This document shows positions 15,408 to 25,130 of a DNA stretch of 64,000 nucleotides, in pieces. Where the stretch lies: assembly GCF_988243305.1 (NCBI RefSeq), contig NZ_OZ547136.1. One strand, given 5' to 3'. A program made the translations under genes and the position numbers. The notes beneath the pieces are model-generated. The model had not been told where the DNA came from and did not search any database. It saw nothing but the letters and a program-made list of their open reading frames with translations. How positions within the stretch are numbered: the stretch's first letter is position 1; the number at the start of each line of letters is the position of its first letter.

Positions 15408-16019
15408 TCATAACGCGGCGCGTAGGGCTTCGCGAATTAATGTTTCACTGCTGGCGTCAGGGCGAGCGATTTTGCTCACCATGCGGCTTGCTTCTTGTGG
15501 TTTATAGCCCAGCGCCACCAGCGCGGCAACCGCTTCCTGTTCAGCATCGTCGGTCACCGGGCTGGCAGGTGACGTGAGTACCAGGTCGGCAGCTGGCGTA
15601 AAGAGATCGCCATGCAAACCTTTAAATCGGTCTTTCATTTCAACAATCAAGCGTTCGGCGGTTTTTTTGCCAATACCCGGCAGTTTCACTAGTGCCCCCA
15701 CTTCTTCACGCTCAACGGCATTAACGAACTGCTGCGCTGACATTCCAGAGAGGATCGCCAGCGCCAACTTCGGGCCGACGCCGTTGGTTTTGATCAACTC
15801 TTTGAACAACGTGCGCTCTTGTTTATTGTTAAAACCGTACAGCAGTTGCGCGTCTTCACGCACCACAAAGTGGGTGAAAACGATCGCTTCCTGACCCGCT
15901 TCAGGGAGTTCATAAAAACAGGTCATCGGCATATGCACTTCATAGCCTACGCCGCCCACTTCAATTAACACCAGCGGGGGTTGTTTTTCAATGATGATGC
16001 CTCTGAGTCTGCCTATCAC
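15408..16019 (-). CDS. ruvA: Holliday junction DNA helicase subunit
   Basis: 203-aa ORF immediately upstream of ruvB. Confidence 0.95.
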   Translation of the reverse strand: MIGRLRGIIIEKQPPLVLIEVGGVGYEVHMPMTCFYELPEAGQEAIVFTHFVVREDAQLLYGFNNKQERTLFKELIKTNGVGPKLALAILSGMSAQQFVNAVEREEVGALVKLPGIGKKTAERLIVEMKDRFKGLHGDLFTPAADLVLTSPASPVTDDAEQEAVAALVALGYKPQEASRMVSKIARPDASSETLIREALRAAL

Positions 16020-16070
16020 ATGACGCTCCTGCGTAATGAATCAAAGATAATGCTTATGATAAAAAAATGC

Positions 16071-16086
16071 TGGATAGATATCCAGC
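16071..16086. promoter_or_regulatory. LexA box of the ruvAB operon
   Basis: ctggatagatatccag palindrome about 50 bp upstream of the ruvA start. Confidence 0.6.
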
Positions 16087-16829
16087 GAAGGATGAAGAAA
16101 ACTTGCGAGGCGTCCCGATGTTCTGAAAAATGACGCAGTATAATTTTTTCTACAGGTTATATTGGAAGCAAATATTTAAATATTACATATTCAGTGAAAA
16201 AATGCGTAATAAAAATACACATTGCGCCTCCTGAAAAAATAAATTTTTTATGCTATTACGTATATTCATATCTATTTCAATGGAATGACAACGTGAATAT
16301 TAATTATCCTGCTGAATATGAAATTGGTGATATCATCTTTACATGTATAGGTGCTGCCTTATTTGGTCAAATATCAGCTGCATCAAATTGCTGGAGTAAT
16401 CACGTCGGGATCATTATCGGTCATAACGGTGAAGACTTTCTGGTTGCAGAAAGCCGTGTTCCCCTCTCAACCATCACTACGCTATCCCGTTTTATTAAAC
16501 GCTCTGCTAATCAACGCTATGCTATAAAGCGATTAGACGCCGGGCTAACAGAACAACAAAAACAACGAATTGTTGAACAGGTTCCCTCCCGGCTACGCAA
16601 ACTTTACCACACCGGTTTTAAATACGAATCTTCGCGCCAGTTCTGTTCAAAATTTGTCTTTGATATTTATAAAGAGGCACTATGTATTCCGGTGGGTGAA
16701 ATAGAGACGTTTGGAGAACTGTTAAACAGCAATCCAAATGCAAAACTCACTTTCTGGAAATTCTGGTTCCTGGGTTCTATTCCGTGGGAGCGTAAAACCG
16801 TCACGCCAGCCAGTTTGTGGCATCATCCG

Positions 16830-16838
16830 CGTTTGGTG
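16830..16838. repeat. IS10 target-site duplication, left copy
   Basis: cgtttggtg immediately abuts the IS; identical 9-mer at 18168-18176. Confidence 0.85.
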
Positions 16839-16851
16839 TAAGGAGATCCCC

Positions 16852-18060
16852 TCATAATTTCCCCAAAGCGTAACCATGTGTGAATAAATTTTGAGCTAGT
16901 AGGGTTGCAGCCACGAGTAAGTCTTCCCTTGTTATTGTGTAGCCAGAATGCCGCAAAACTTCCATGCCTAAGCGAACTGTTGAGAGTACGTTTCGATTTC
17001 TGACTGTGTTAGCCTGGAAGTGCTTGTCCCAACCTTGTTTCTGAGCATGAACGCCCGCAAGCCAACATGTTAGTTGAAGCATCAGGGCGATTAGCAGCAT
17101 GATATCAAAACGCTCTGAGCTGCTCGTTCGGCTATGGCGTAGGCCTAGTCCGTAGGCAGGACTTTTCAAGTCTCGGAAGGTTTCTTCAATCTGCATTCGC
17201 TTCGAATAGATATTAACAAGTTGTTTGGGTGTTCGAATTTCAACAGGTAAGTTAGTTGCTAGAACCCATGGCTCCTTTGCCGACGCTGAGTAGATTTTAG
17301 GTGACGGGTGGTGACAATGAGTCCGTGTCGAGCGCTGATTTTTTCGGCCTTTAGAGCGAGATTTATACAATAGAATTTGGCATGAGATTGGATTGCTTTT
17401 AGTCAGCCTCTTATAGCCTAAAGTCTTTGAGTGACTAGATGACATATCATGTAAGTTGCTGATAGGTTTCCAGTTTTCCGCTCCTAGGTCTGCATATTGT
17501 ACTTTTCCTCTTACTCGACTTAACCAGTACCAACCCAGCTTCTCAACGGATTTATACCATGGCACTTTAAAGCCAGCATCACTGACAATGAGCGGTGTGG
17601 TGTTACTCGGTAGAATGCTCGCAAGGTCGGCTAGAAATTGGTCATGAGCTTTCTTTGAACATTGCTCTGAAAGCGGGAACGCTTTCTCATAAAGAGTAAC
17701 AGAACGACCGTGTAGTGCGACTGAAGCTCGCAATACCATAAGTCGTTTTTGCTCACGAATATCAGACCAGTCAACAAGTACAATGGGCATCGTATTGCCC
17801 GAACAGATAAAGCTAGCATGCCAACGGTATACAGCGAGTCGCTCTTTGTGGAGGTGACGATTACCTAACAATCGGTCGATTCGTTTGATGTTATGTTTTG
17901 TTCTCGCTTTGGTTGGCAGGTTACGGCCAAGTTCGGTAAGAGTGAGAGTTTTACAGTCAAGTAATGCGTGGCAAGCCAACGTTAAGCTGTTGAGTCGTTT
18001 TAAGTGTAATTCGGGGCAGAATTGGTAAAGAGAGTCGTGTAAAATATCGAGTTCGCACAT
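16852..18060 (-). CDS. IS10 transposase
   Basis: 402-aa ORF (MCELDILHDSLYQFCPELHLKRLNSL...) matching remembered Tn10/IS10 transposase. Confidence 0.9.
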   Translation of the reverse strand: MCELDILHDSLYQFCPELHLKRLNSLTLACHALLDCKTLTLTELGRNLPTKARTKHNIKRIDRLLGNRHLHKERLAVYRWHASFICSGNTMPIVLVDWSDIREQKRLMVLRASVALHGRSVTLYEKAFPLSEQCSKKAHDQFLADLASILPSNTTPLIVSDAGFKVPWYKSVEKLGWYWLSRVRGKVQYADLGAENWKPISNLHDMSSSHSKTLGYKRLTKSNPISCQILLYKSRSKGRKNQRSTRTHCHHPSPKIYSASAKEPWVLATNLPVEIRTPKQLVNIYSKRMQIEETFRDLKSPAYGLGLRHSRTSSSERFDIMLLIALMLQLTCWLAGVHAQKQGWDKHFQANTVRNRNVLSTVRLGMEVLRHSGYTITREDLLVAATLLAQNLFTHGYALGKL

Positions 18061-18122
18061 CTTGTTGTCTGATTATTGATTTTTGGCGAAACCATTTGAT
18101 CATATGACAAGATGTGTATCTA
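18053..18122 (+). ncRNA. Probable IS10 RNA-OUT antisense RNA
   Basis: Placed from known IS10 architecture (antisense RNA overlapping the transposase start, running toward the outside end); not independently verified in sequence. Confidence 0.35.
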
Positions 18123-18167
18123 CCTTAACTTAATGATTTTTACCAAAATCATTAGGGGATTCATCAG

Positions 18168-18176
18168 CGTTTGGTG
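18168..18176. repeat. IS10 target-site duplication, right copy
   Basis: cgtttggtg. Confidence 0.85.
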
Positions 18177-18234
18177 TTGATTCATGCGGAGGGAGTGGAA
18201 ACGCCTCAGCCGGAACTGACCGAGGCGGTATAAC

Positions 18235-18756
18235 TTAACGCAGTCGCCCTCTCGCCAGGTTCAGCCGCGATTCGCTCATCTGCATCGCATTCTGACTGAC
18301 GTGACAATGGGTAATCGCGATAGCTAATGCATCGGCAGCATCCGCCTGTGGATTAGCGGGCAGTTTCAGCAAGGTGCGGACCATATGCTGCACCTGGCTT
18401 TTTTCAGCACTACCAATACCTACCACCGTTTGCTTTACCTGACGTGCCGCATATTCAAATACCGGCAATTCCTGATTCACCGCCGCCACAATCGCCACGC
18501 CGCGTGCCTGCCCCAGTTTCAGGGCTGAGTCAGCGTTCTTCGCCATAAAGACTTGTTCAATGGCGAAATAATCAGGCTGGAACTGGGTAATGATTTCCGT
18601 CACGCCCGCATAGATGAGCTTCAGACGAGACGGTAAATCATCCACTTTGGTGCGTATGCATCCGCTACCCAGGTAGGAGAGTTGCCTGCCTACCTGGCGG
18701 ATGACGCCATAGCCGGTCACGCGCGAACCCGGGTCAATACCGAGAATAATAGCCAT
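18235..18756 (-). CDS. ruvC: Holliday junction resolvase
   Basis: 173-aa ORF beginning [18 protein letters not shown]. Confidence 0.95.
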
Positions 18757-18790
18757 CACGCGTCTCCGTTTTGCTGTTTAGCAGGCCTCA

Positions 18791-19531
18791 TCAGAGAGTC
18801 GCTGCAACCTCATCAGAGATTTCACCGTTATGGTAAACTTCCTGCACGTCGTCGCAATCTTCCAGCATATCGATCAGACGCATCAGTTTCGGTGCGGTTT
18901 CTGCATCCATATCAGCTTTGGTGGACGGGATCATGGAAACTTCCGCGCTGTCTGCTTTCAGACCTGCCGCTTCCAGAGCGTCGCGCACTTTACCCATTTC
19001 TTCCCATGCAGTGTAGACGTCAATCGCGCCGTCATCATAGGTCACAACGTCTTCAGCACCTGCTTCCAGAGCTGCTTCCATGATGGTGTCTTCATCGCCT
19101 TTCTCGAAGGAGATCACGCCTTTTTTGCTGAACAGGTAGGCTACGGAACCATCGGTACCGAGGTTACCGCCACATTTGCTGAATGCATGACGCACTTCAG
19201 CAACGGTACGGTTGCGGTTGTCAGACAGACATTCAATCATGATTGCCGTGCCGCCAGGACCGTAACCTTCGTAGATGATGGTTTCCATGTTTGCATCATC
19301 ATCACCGCCCACACCACGTGCAATTGCGCGGTTCAGAGTGTCACGGGTCATGTTGTTAGACAATGCTTTATCAATTGCTGCACGCAGACGCGGGTTAGCG
19401 TCCGGGTCACCACCGCCCAGCTTAGCCGCGGTTACCAGCTCACGAATGATTTTAGTGAAGATTTTACCGCGCTTAGCATCCTGCGCAGCTTTACGATGTC
19501 TGGTGTTGGCCCATTTACTATGACCTGCCAT
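18791..19531 (-). CDS. yebC: YebC/PmpR-family transcriptional regulator
   Basis: 246-aa ORF beginning [14 protein letters not shown]. Confidence 0.95.
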
Positions 19532-19559
19532 AAAAATATCTCCAGATAGCCCTGCCTGT

Positions 19560-20012
19560 TCAGGCAGCGTTAATTACAAACTGTTCAATCGCCTGCCGGT
19601 TGCTCCAGGACTTAGTGAGCGCCGCCGCAGCAGGCGCATCAAGCCACTTGTAGGCCAGATGTTCAGTGAAGACGACCTGGCGTTCGTGCGGGAGCGCAAG
19701 ACAGAACCATGATTCCGTATTACGCGTCACGCCCGGCGCATAGCGATGACGTAAATGTGAAAAAATTTCAAATTCTACCGTGCGCTGACAGTCAATTAAG
19801 GTCAGTTGTTCAGCGACAACATCGATGGTGACCTCTTCCTTTACTTCGCGCATGGCAGCTTGCGGCGCGGTTTCACCCTCTTCCACGCTGCCGGTTACCG
19901 ACTGCCAGAAATCGGGATCGTCACGCCGCTGCAACATCAGCACCCGTTTCGTATCTTGTGCATAGATGACCACTAAGATCGAAACGGGACGCTTATACAC
20001 TTTATCCTTCAC
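19560..20012 (-). CDS. nudB: Dihydroneopterin triphosphate diphosphatase (Nudix)
   Basis: Nudix box ([20 protein letters not shown]); start placed at the GTG corresponding to the remembered [11 protein letters not shown]-terminus. Confidence 0.8.
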
Positions 20013-20129
20013 GCTGCCTCTTCGTTGACTGCCTTCGCTCATCCCATTCACATAGTTATCTATGCTCATGGGAGTTCACTCAGTTGCCGCCTCGATGCAA
20101 CGCGAATGATTTCGTGTATTTGAGTCATA

Positions 20130-21902
20130 TCAGTTATTCTCTGCCTTCTTCACAACCTGAATGCTCAGCTCAGCCAGTGCAGTCGGGTTAGCAAAGCTCG
20201 GTGCTTCAGTCATCAGACACGCTGCCGCCGTGGTTTTCGGGAAGGCGATAACGTCACGGATATTGTCGGTGCCGGTCAGCAGCATGGTCAAACGGTCAAG
20301 ACCGAATGCCAGGCCTGCGTGCGGCGGAGTACCGTATTTCAGGGCGTCGAGCAGGAAGCCGAATTTCTCGCGCTGTTCCTCTTCGTTGATACCCAGAATA
20401 CCAAACACCGTCTGCTGCATATCACCATTATGGATACGCACAGAACCACCGCCCACTTCGTAACCATTGATGACCATATCGTAAGCGTTCGCCACCGCAT
20501 TTTCCGGTGCAGCTTTCAGTTCTGCTGCCGTCATGTCTTTTGGTGAGGTGAACGGATGGTGCATTGCCGTCAGGCCGCCTTCACCGTCGTCTTCAAACAT
20601 CGGGAAGTCGATAACCCACAGCGGTGCCCATTTGCTTTCGTCGGTCAGACCAAGGTCTTTACCCACTTTCAGGCGCAGTGCACCCATCGCGTCGGCAACA
20701 ATTTTCTTGTTGTCGGCACCGAAGAAAATCATATCGCCATCTTGCGCGGCAGTACGATCCAGAATGGCTTCGATGATTTCTGCATTAAGGAACTTCGCTA
20801 CCGGGCTGTTGATACCTTCCAGACCTTTCGCGCGCTCGTTAACTTTAATGTAAGCCAGACCTTTCGCGCCGTAGATTTTAACGAAGTTACCGTATTCGTC
20901 GATCTGTTTACGGGTCAGCGATGCGCCGCCCGGAACGCGCAGAGCCGCTACGCGACCTTTCGGATCGTTCGCCGGACCTGCAAATACTGCAAATTCAACG
21001 GATTTCAGCAGATCGGCAACGTCGGTCAGTTCCATCGGGTTACGCAGATCCGGTTTATCAGAGCCGTAACGGCGTTCGGCTTCCGCAAAGGTCATTACCG
21101 GGAAATCGCCCAGATCCACGCCCTTCACTTCCAGCCACAGATGACGCACCAGCGCTTCCATCACTTCACGCACTTGCGGCGCGGTCATGAAAGAAGTTTC
21201 CACATCGATCTGAGTAAATTCAGGCTGACGATCAGCGCGCAGGTCTTCGTCACGGAAGCATTTAACGATCTGATAGTAACGGTCAAAACCGGACATCATC
21301 AGCAGCTGTTTGAACAACTGTGGGGATTGCGGCAGTGCGTAGAATTTACCTTTGTGCACACGAGAAGGCACCAGGTAGTCACGCGCGCCTTCCGGCGTGG
21401 CTTTGGTCAGCATCGGAGTTTCGATGTCGAGGAAGCCGTGGTCATCCATAAAACGGCGCACCAGGCTGGTGATTTTAGCGCGGGTTTTCAGGCGCTGAGC
21501 CATTTCCGGGCGACGCAGGTCGAGGTAGCGGTATTTCAGACGCGCTTCTTCGGTGTTGACGTGGTTAGAGTCAAGCGGCAGAACATCTGCGCGGTTGATG
21601 ATAGTCAGCGAGGACGCCAGCACTTCAATTTCGCCGGTCGCCATATCGCGGTTAATATTTTTTTCGTCACGCGCACGTACGGTGCCCGTGACCTGAATGC
21701 AGAACTCATTACGCAGTTCAGAGGCCAGCTTTAACGCGTCCGCACGATCCGGATCGAAAAATACCTGCACGATACCTTCGCGGTCGCGCATATCGATGAA
21801 GATCAGGCTACCAAGATCACGACGACGGTTGACCCAACCACACAGAGTCACCTGCTGCCCCACGTGGGACAAACGGAGCTGTCCACAATATTCTGTACGC
21901 AT
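20130..21902 (-). CDS. aspS: Aspartate--tRNA ligase
   Basis: 590-aa class II aminoacyl-tRNA synthetase. Confidence 0.95.
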
Positions 21903-22211
21903 GAGATATCCCTTAACTTAGCTGCCGGCGGATGCCCCCTGCTGCGCAGGTGACCAAGTCGCAGCGTTAGCTGTATGTCACAACTGAATGAAAAAAGGCG
22001 GCTATTATACTGGAAATTCTGCCGCACCGTAAGAGCCTGGCCCGCGCTGGAACACCTCGTTACCACTTTATATCGGGCCTGAAATCAGACTCTACGCCAG
22101 TTTGCTATAAAGGTGTTGCCCGAACTCATAAAAATTAACAAAATTTGTCGTTCCGCCATCGGCTAATCGCATTAAGGTGAGAGGCACTATTTTGTTTTGT
22201 CAGGAGTCATC

Positions 22212-22778
22212 ATGCTTGAACTTAATGCTAAAACCACTGCGCTGGTGGTGATTGATTTACAAGAAGGCATCTTACCTTTTGCCGGAGGTCCACATACTGC
22301 CGATGAGGTGGTTAATCGCGCCGGGAAGCTGGCGGCGAAATTTCGCGCGAGCGGTCAGCCCGTGTTTCTGGTGCGCGTTGGCTGGTCTGCCGATTATGCC
22401 GAAGCATTAAAACAGCTGGTTGATGTCCCCTCCCCCGCGAAAGTGTTACCCGAAAACTGGTGGCAACATCCTGCTGCATTAGGTGCAACCGACAGCGATA
22501 TCGAAATCATCAAACGTCAATGGGGTGCGTTTTACGGTACGGATCTGGAGTTGCAACTGCGCCGCCGGGGTATCGATACAATAGTATTATGTGGGATCTC
22601 GACCAATATCGGTGTTGAATCCACCGCCCGCAATGCCTGGGAACTCGGTTTTAATCTGGTGATTGCCGAAGACGCCTGCAGCGCCGCCAGCGCCGAGCAG
22701 CACAATAACAGCATCAACCATATCTACCCACGCATCGCCCGTGTGCGCAGTGTGGAAGAGATCCTCAACGCATTATGA
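22212..22778 (+). CDS. yecD: Isochorismatase-family hydrolase
   Basis: ORF 22197..22778 trimmed to the [17 protein letters not shown] start. Confidence 0.85.
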   Translation: MLELNAKTTALVVIDLQEGILPFAGGPHTADEVVNRAGKLAAKFRASGQPVFLVRVGWSADYAEALKQLVDVPSPAKVLPENWWQHPAALGATDSDIEIIKRQWGAFYGTDLELQLRRRGIDTIVLCGISTNIGVESTARNAWELGFNLVIAEDACSAASAEQHNNSINHIYPRIARVRSVEEILNAL

Positions 22779-22870
22779 TTTACATCGGTCTGCCGCAATG
22801 GTCGCATCCTAAATGGGTGCGGTTGGGGATCACCAGCCTTGAAGAGTATGCCCGCCACTTTAACTGCGTG
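22775..22870 (+). pseudogene. yecE: 5' fragment of yecE truncated by prophage integration
   Basis: Encodes [32 protein letters not shown], then diverges into AT-rich phage DNA with a stop within a few codons. Confidence 0.7.
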
Positions 22871-22880
22871 ATACGGAATT
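22860..22880. other. Prophage/host junction (bacterial attachment site within yecE)
   Basis: Point where yecE homology ends; exact core not determinable from one junction. Confidence 0.5.
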
Positions 22881-22998
22881 TTTAAAAATCACTAAAGAAC
22901 GCCCAAGAGCATGTTTTTTATTTAGAAGAATCAAAGCGTTGTATTTCCATGTCATATAAAAATCGGCAAAGTTCATATGTAACAAAGTGTCCCAATCA

Positions 22999-23046
22999 TG
23001 CCCCAAAATGCCCCACAACAAATATTTTTGCCCCATGCATGCCCCA
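22999..23046. repeat. Four phased TGCCCCA repeats
   Basis: tgcccca at 22999, 23009, 23029 and 23040, spaced about one or two helical turns. Confidence 0.6.
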
Positions 23047-23067
23047 AAAAATCACTTTCCTTCACCC

Positions 23068-23117
23068 TTGACACTGTTTATCCATACAGTTAAAAATGAT
23101 ACTGTATACAAACACAG
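23068..23117 (+). promoter_or_regulatory. Sigma70-like promoter with two LexA boxes upstream of the dinI-like gene
   Basis: -35 TTGACA (23068-23073), 17-bp spacer, -10 taaaaat (23091-23097); CTGT-N8-ACAG boxes at 23074-23089 and 23102-23117. Confidence 0.6.
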
Positions 23118-23132
23118 TGTAGAGGGACTTTT

Positions 23133-23381
23133 ATGCGTATTGAAATCTGCATAGCCAAAGAAAAAATGACTAAAATGCCAACCGGTGCTGTGGATGCGTT
23201 AAAGGAAGAATTAACTCGGCGCATCAGTAAGCGTTATGACGATGTAGAAGTGATCGTAAAAGCCACCAGCAATGATGGGCTTTCTGTTACACGCACAGCA
23301 GATAAGGATTCTGCAAAAACATTTGTTCAGGAGACTCTGAAAGATACCTGGGAGTCTGCTGACGAGTGGTTTGTTCACTAA
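23133..23381 (+). CDS. DinI-family DNA damage-inducible protein
   Basis: 82-aa ORF, size and sequence character of DinI; SOS boxes upstream. Confidence 0.8.
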   Translation: MRIEICIAKEKMTKMPTGAVDALKEELTRRISKRYDDVEVIVKATSNDGLSVTRTADKDSAKTFVQETLKDTWESADEWFVH

Positions 23382-23448
23382 TAAACACGTAAAATCGGTA
23401 ACGGCTGGAAATCATTCAATACTCGCACTATCGAAAGTTCACCAGCCA

Positions 23449-23495
23449 ACCGCAGCACGTCCTGCATACGTCGTGTCTGCGGTTTTTCTTTTTCG
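23449..23495 (+). terminator. Intrinsic terminator after the dinI-like gene
   Basis: Hairpin ccgcagcacg...cgtgtctgcgg followed by tttttcttttt. Confidence 0.55.
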
Positions 23496-23496
23496 C

Positions 23497-23766
23497 TTAC
23501 ATTGTGTCTGGTTCTTCCGGCCACTCAATATCAGGTGCAGTTGATGTATCAACACGGTTCAGCAACACCCGATATTTATTCCATGCCTCCAGCAACGATC
23601 TTTCTTCCTCCGTTGCGATTTCCAGATCTACAGCATCCTGCAGTGGCGCAATATACTCACTGAATTCCTGGATGTAGAACTGTGTGGTGACGGTCTTCCA
23701 GCCATTCGGCTCCTGCTGTATCGAAGCATACCAGGCTATTTCAATATCGCTATGCTGCGGCAGCAT
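23497..23766 (-). pseudogene. Remnant tail fibre assembly (Tfa-like) gene
   Basis: 89-aa ORF whose last ~50 aa (...[45 protein letters not shown]) duplicate the C-terminus of the tfa at 24546..25130. Confidence 0.65.
23515..23665. repeat. Direct repeat of the tfa 3' end, copy 1
   Basis: About 90% identical over ~150 bp to 24568..24718. Confidence 0.7.
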
Positions 23767-23822
23767 TTAACCCCTTGTAATTCATCGCCATAATTGATTT
23801 AATTCACAAATAAAACTATAAC

Positions 23823-24491
23823 ATGGTGAAATCAATGAAAAAAAACACAGATGATGGGGCTAAAATTTACACACCACTTACCCTAAAGCTTTATGACTGG
23901 TGGGTTTTGGGAGTATCAAATCGGCTTGCATGGGGATGTCCTACAAAGGAACACCTTCTTCCACACTTTCTGGAACATTTAGGTAACAACCATCTGGATA
24001 TTGGTGTTGGAACTGGGTTTTATCTTACTCACGTACCTGAGAGTAGTCTGATATCTTTAATGGATTTGAACGAAGCTAGCCTGAACGCGGCATCTACAAG
24101 GGCTGGGGAATCAAAAATTAAACATAAAATTAGCCATGATGTTTTTGAACCTTATCCCGCGGCGTTACATGGTCAATTTGATTCCATTTCCATGTTTTAC
24201 CTTCTTCACTGCCTGCCTGGAAATATATCTACAAAAAGCTGTGTAATACGCAATGCGGCGCAGGCCTTAACTGACGATGGAACTCTATACGGAGCCACAA
24301 TTCTTGGCGATGGAGTTGTGCACAATAGCTTCGGTCAAAAACTGATGCGCATTTACAATCAGAAAGGCATCTTTTCAAACACAAAAGATTCCGAAGAAGG
24401 CTTAACACATATACTCTCAGAGCATTTCGAGAATGTTAAAACCAAGGTTCAAGGTACTGTAGTAATGTTTTCCGCTTCAGGGAAAAAATAG
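23823..24491 (+). CDS. Class I SAM-dependent methyltransferase-like protein (cargo gene)
   Basis: 222-aa ORF with Rossmann motif-I-like LDIGVGTGFY; opposite strand to the tail genes; substrate unknown. Confidence 0.55.
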   Translation: MVKSMKKNTDDGAKIYTPLTLKLYDWWVLGVSNRLAWGCPTKEHLLPHFLEHLGNNHLDIGVGTGFYLTHVPESSLISLMDLNEASLNAASTRAGESKIKHKISHDVFEPYPAALHGQFDSISMFYLLHCLPGNISTKSCVIRNAAQALTDDGTLYGATILGDGVVHNSFGQKLMRIYNQKGIFSNTKDSEEGLTHILSEHFENVKTKVQGTVVMFSASGKK

Positions 24492-24497
24492 CATCCA

Positions 24498-24529
24498 ACC
24501 GCAGCACGTTCTTGCTTAAGACGTGCTGC
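24498..24529. terminator. Hairpin between the convergent methyltransferase-like gene and tfa
   Basis: Perfect 10-bp stem ccgcagcacg/cgtgctgcgg; T run on the minus-strand side. Confidence 0.5.
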
Positions 24530-24545
24530 GGCATAATCCCAATGA

Positions 24546-25130
24546 TTACTCACTGACAGGGTTCGTAGGCCACTCAATATCAGGTGCAGTTGATGTATCA
24601 ACACGGTTCAGCAACACCCGATACTTCTTCCAGGCTTCCAGCAACGAGTTTTCTTCCTCCGTTGCGATTTCCAGATCTGCAGCATCCTGAAGCGGCGCAA
24701 TATGCTCACTGGCTACCTGCATCAGGTTGTTTTTTGTTTCTTCCGCCTCCCGGATCCGGAACAGTTTTTCTGCTTCCGTATCCTTCACCCAGGCTGTGCC
24801 GTTCCACTTCTGAAACTCCCCTTCCGGCGATAACCAGGTAACATTTTCCGGTAACGGACCGAGTTCAGAAATAAATAACGCGTCGCCGGAAGCCACGTCA
24901 TAAACCGTTTTACCCCGATGGTCTTCAAAGAGATGCCACGATGACTCATCACTGTTGAAAACAGCCACGAAGCCAGCAGGAATATCTGGTGGTGCAATAT
25001 CGGTACTGTTTGCTGGCAGACCTGTATGAGGCGGAATATATGCGTCACCTTCACCAATAAATTCATTAGTTCCGGCCAGCAGATTATAAATTTTTATGGT
25101 CCGTGGTTGTTCACTCATTCTGAATGCCAT
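24546..25130 (-). CDS. tfa: Tail fibre assembly protein
   Basis: 194-aa ORF matching remembered lambda Tfa ([34 protein letters not shown]). Confidence 0.9.
   Translation of the reverse strand: MAFRMSEQPRTIKIYNLLAGTNEFIGEGDAYIPPHTGLPANSTDIAPPDIPAGFVAVFNSDESSWHLFEDHRGKTVYDVASGDALFISELGPLPENVTWLSPEGEFQKWNGTAWVKDTEAEKLFRIREAEETKNNLMQVASEHIAPLQDAADLEIATEEENSLLEAWKKYRVLLNRVDTSTAPDIEWPTNPVSE
24568..24718. repeat. Direct repeat of the tfa 3' end, copy 2
   Basis: See copy 1. Confidence 0.7.

Larger units (their letters stand above)
16839..18167 (-). mobile_element. IS10 (IS4 family) insertion sequence
   Basis: Exactly 1329 bp between identical 9-bp direct repeats; outer terminus ctgatgaatcccctaatgattttggtaaaaatcattaag at 18167 matches the remembered IS10 outside end; full 402-aa transposase. 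Confidence 0.9.
16293..18233 (+). pseudogene. yebB: yebB interrupted near its 3' end by IS10
   Basis: Reading frame (GTG at 16293) runs to 16838, is broken by the IS, and resumes in frame at 18168 (...LVLIHAEGVETPQPELTEAV, stop at 18231-18233). Confidence 0.75.

Noticed and set aside
20556-21734. 392-aa ORF on the plus strand
   Set aside because: Antisense to aspS; no start context, and aspS is the recognisable gene.
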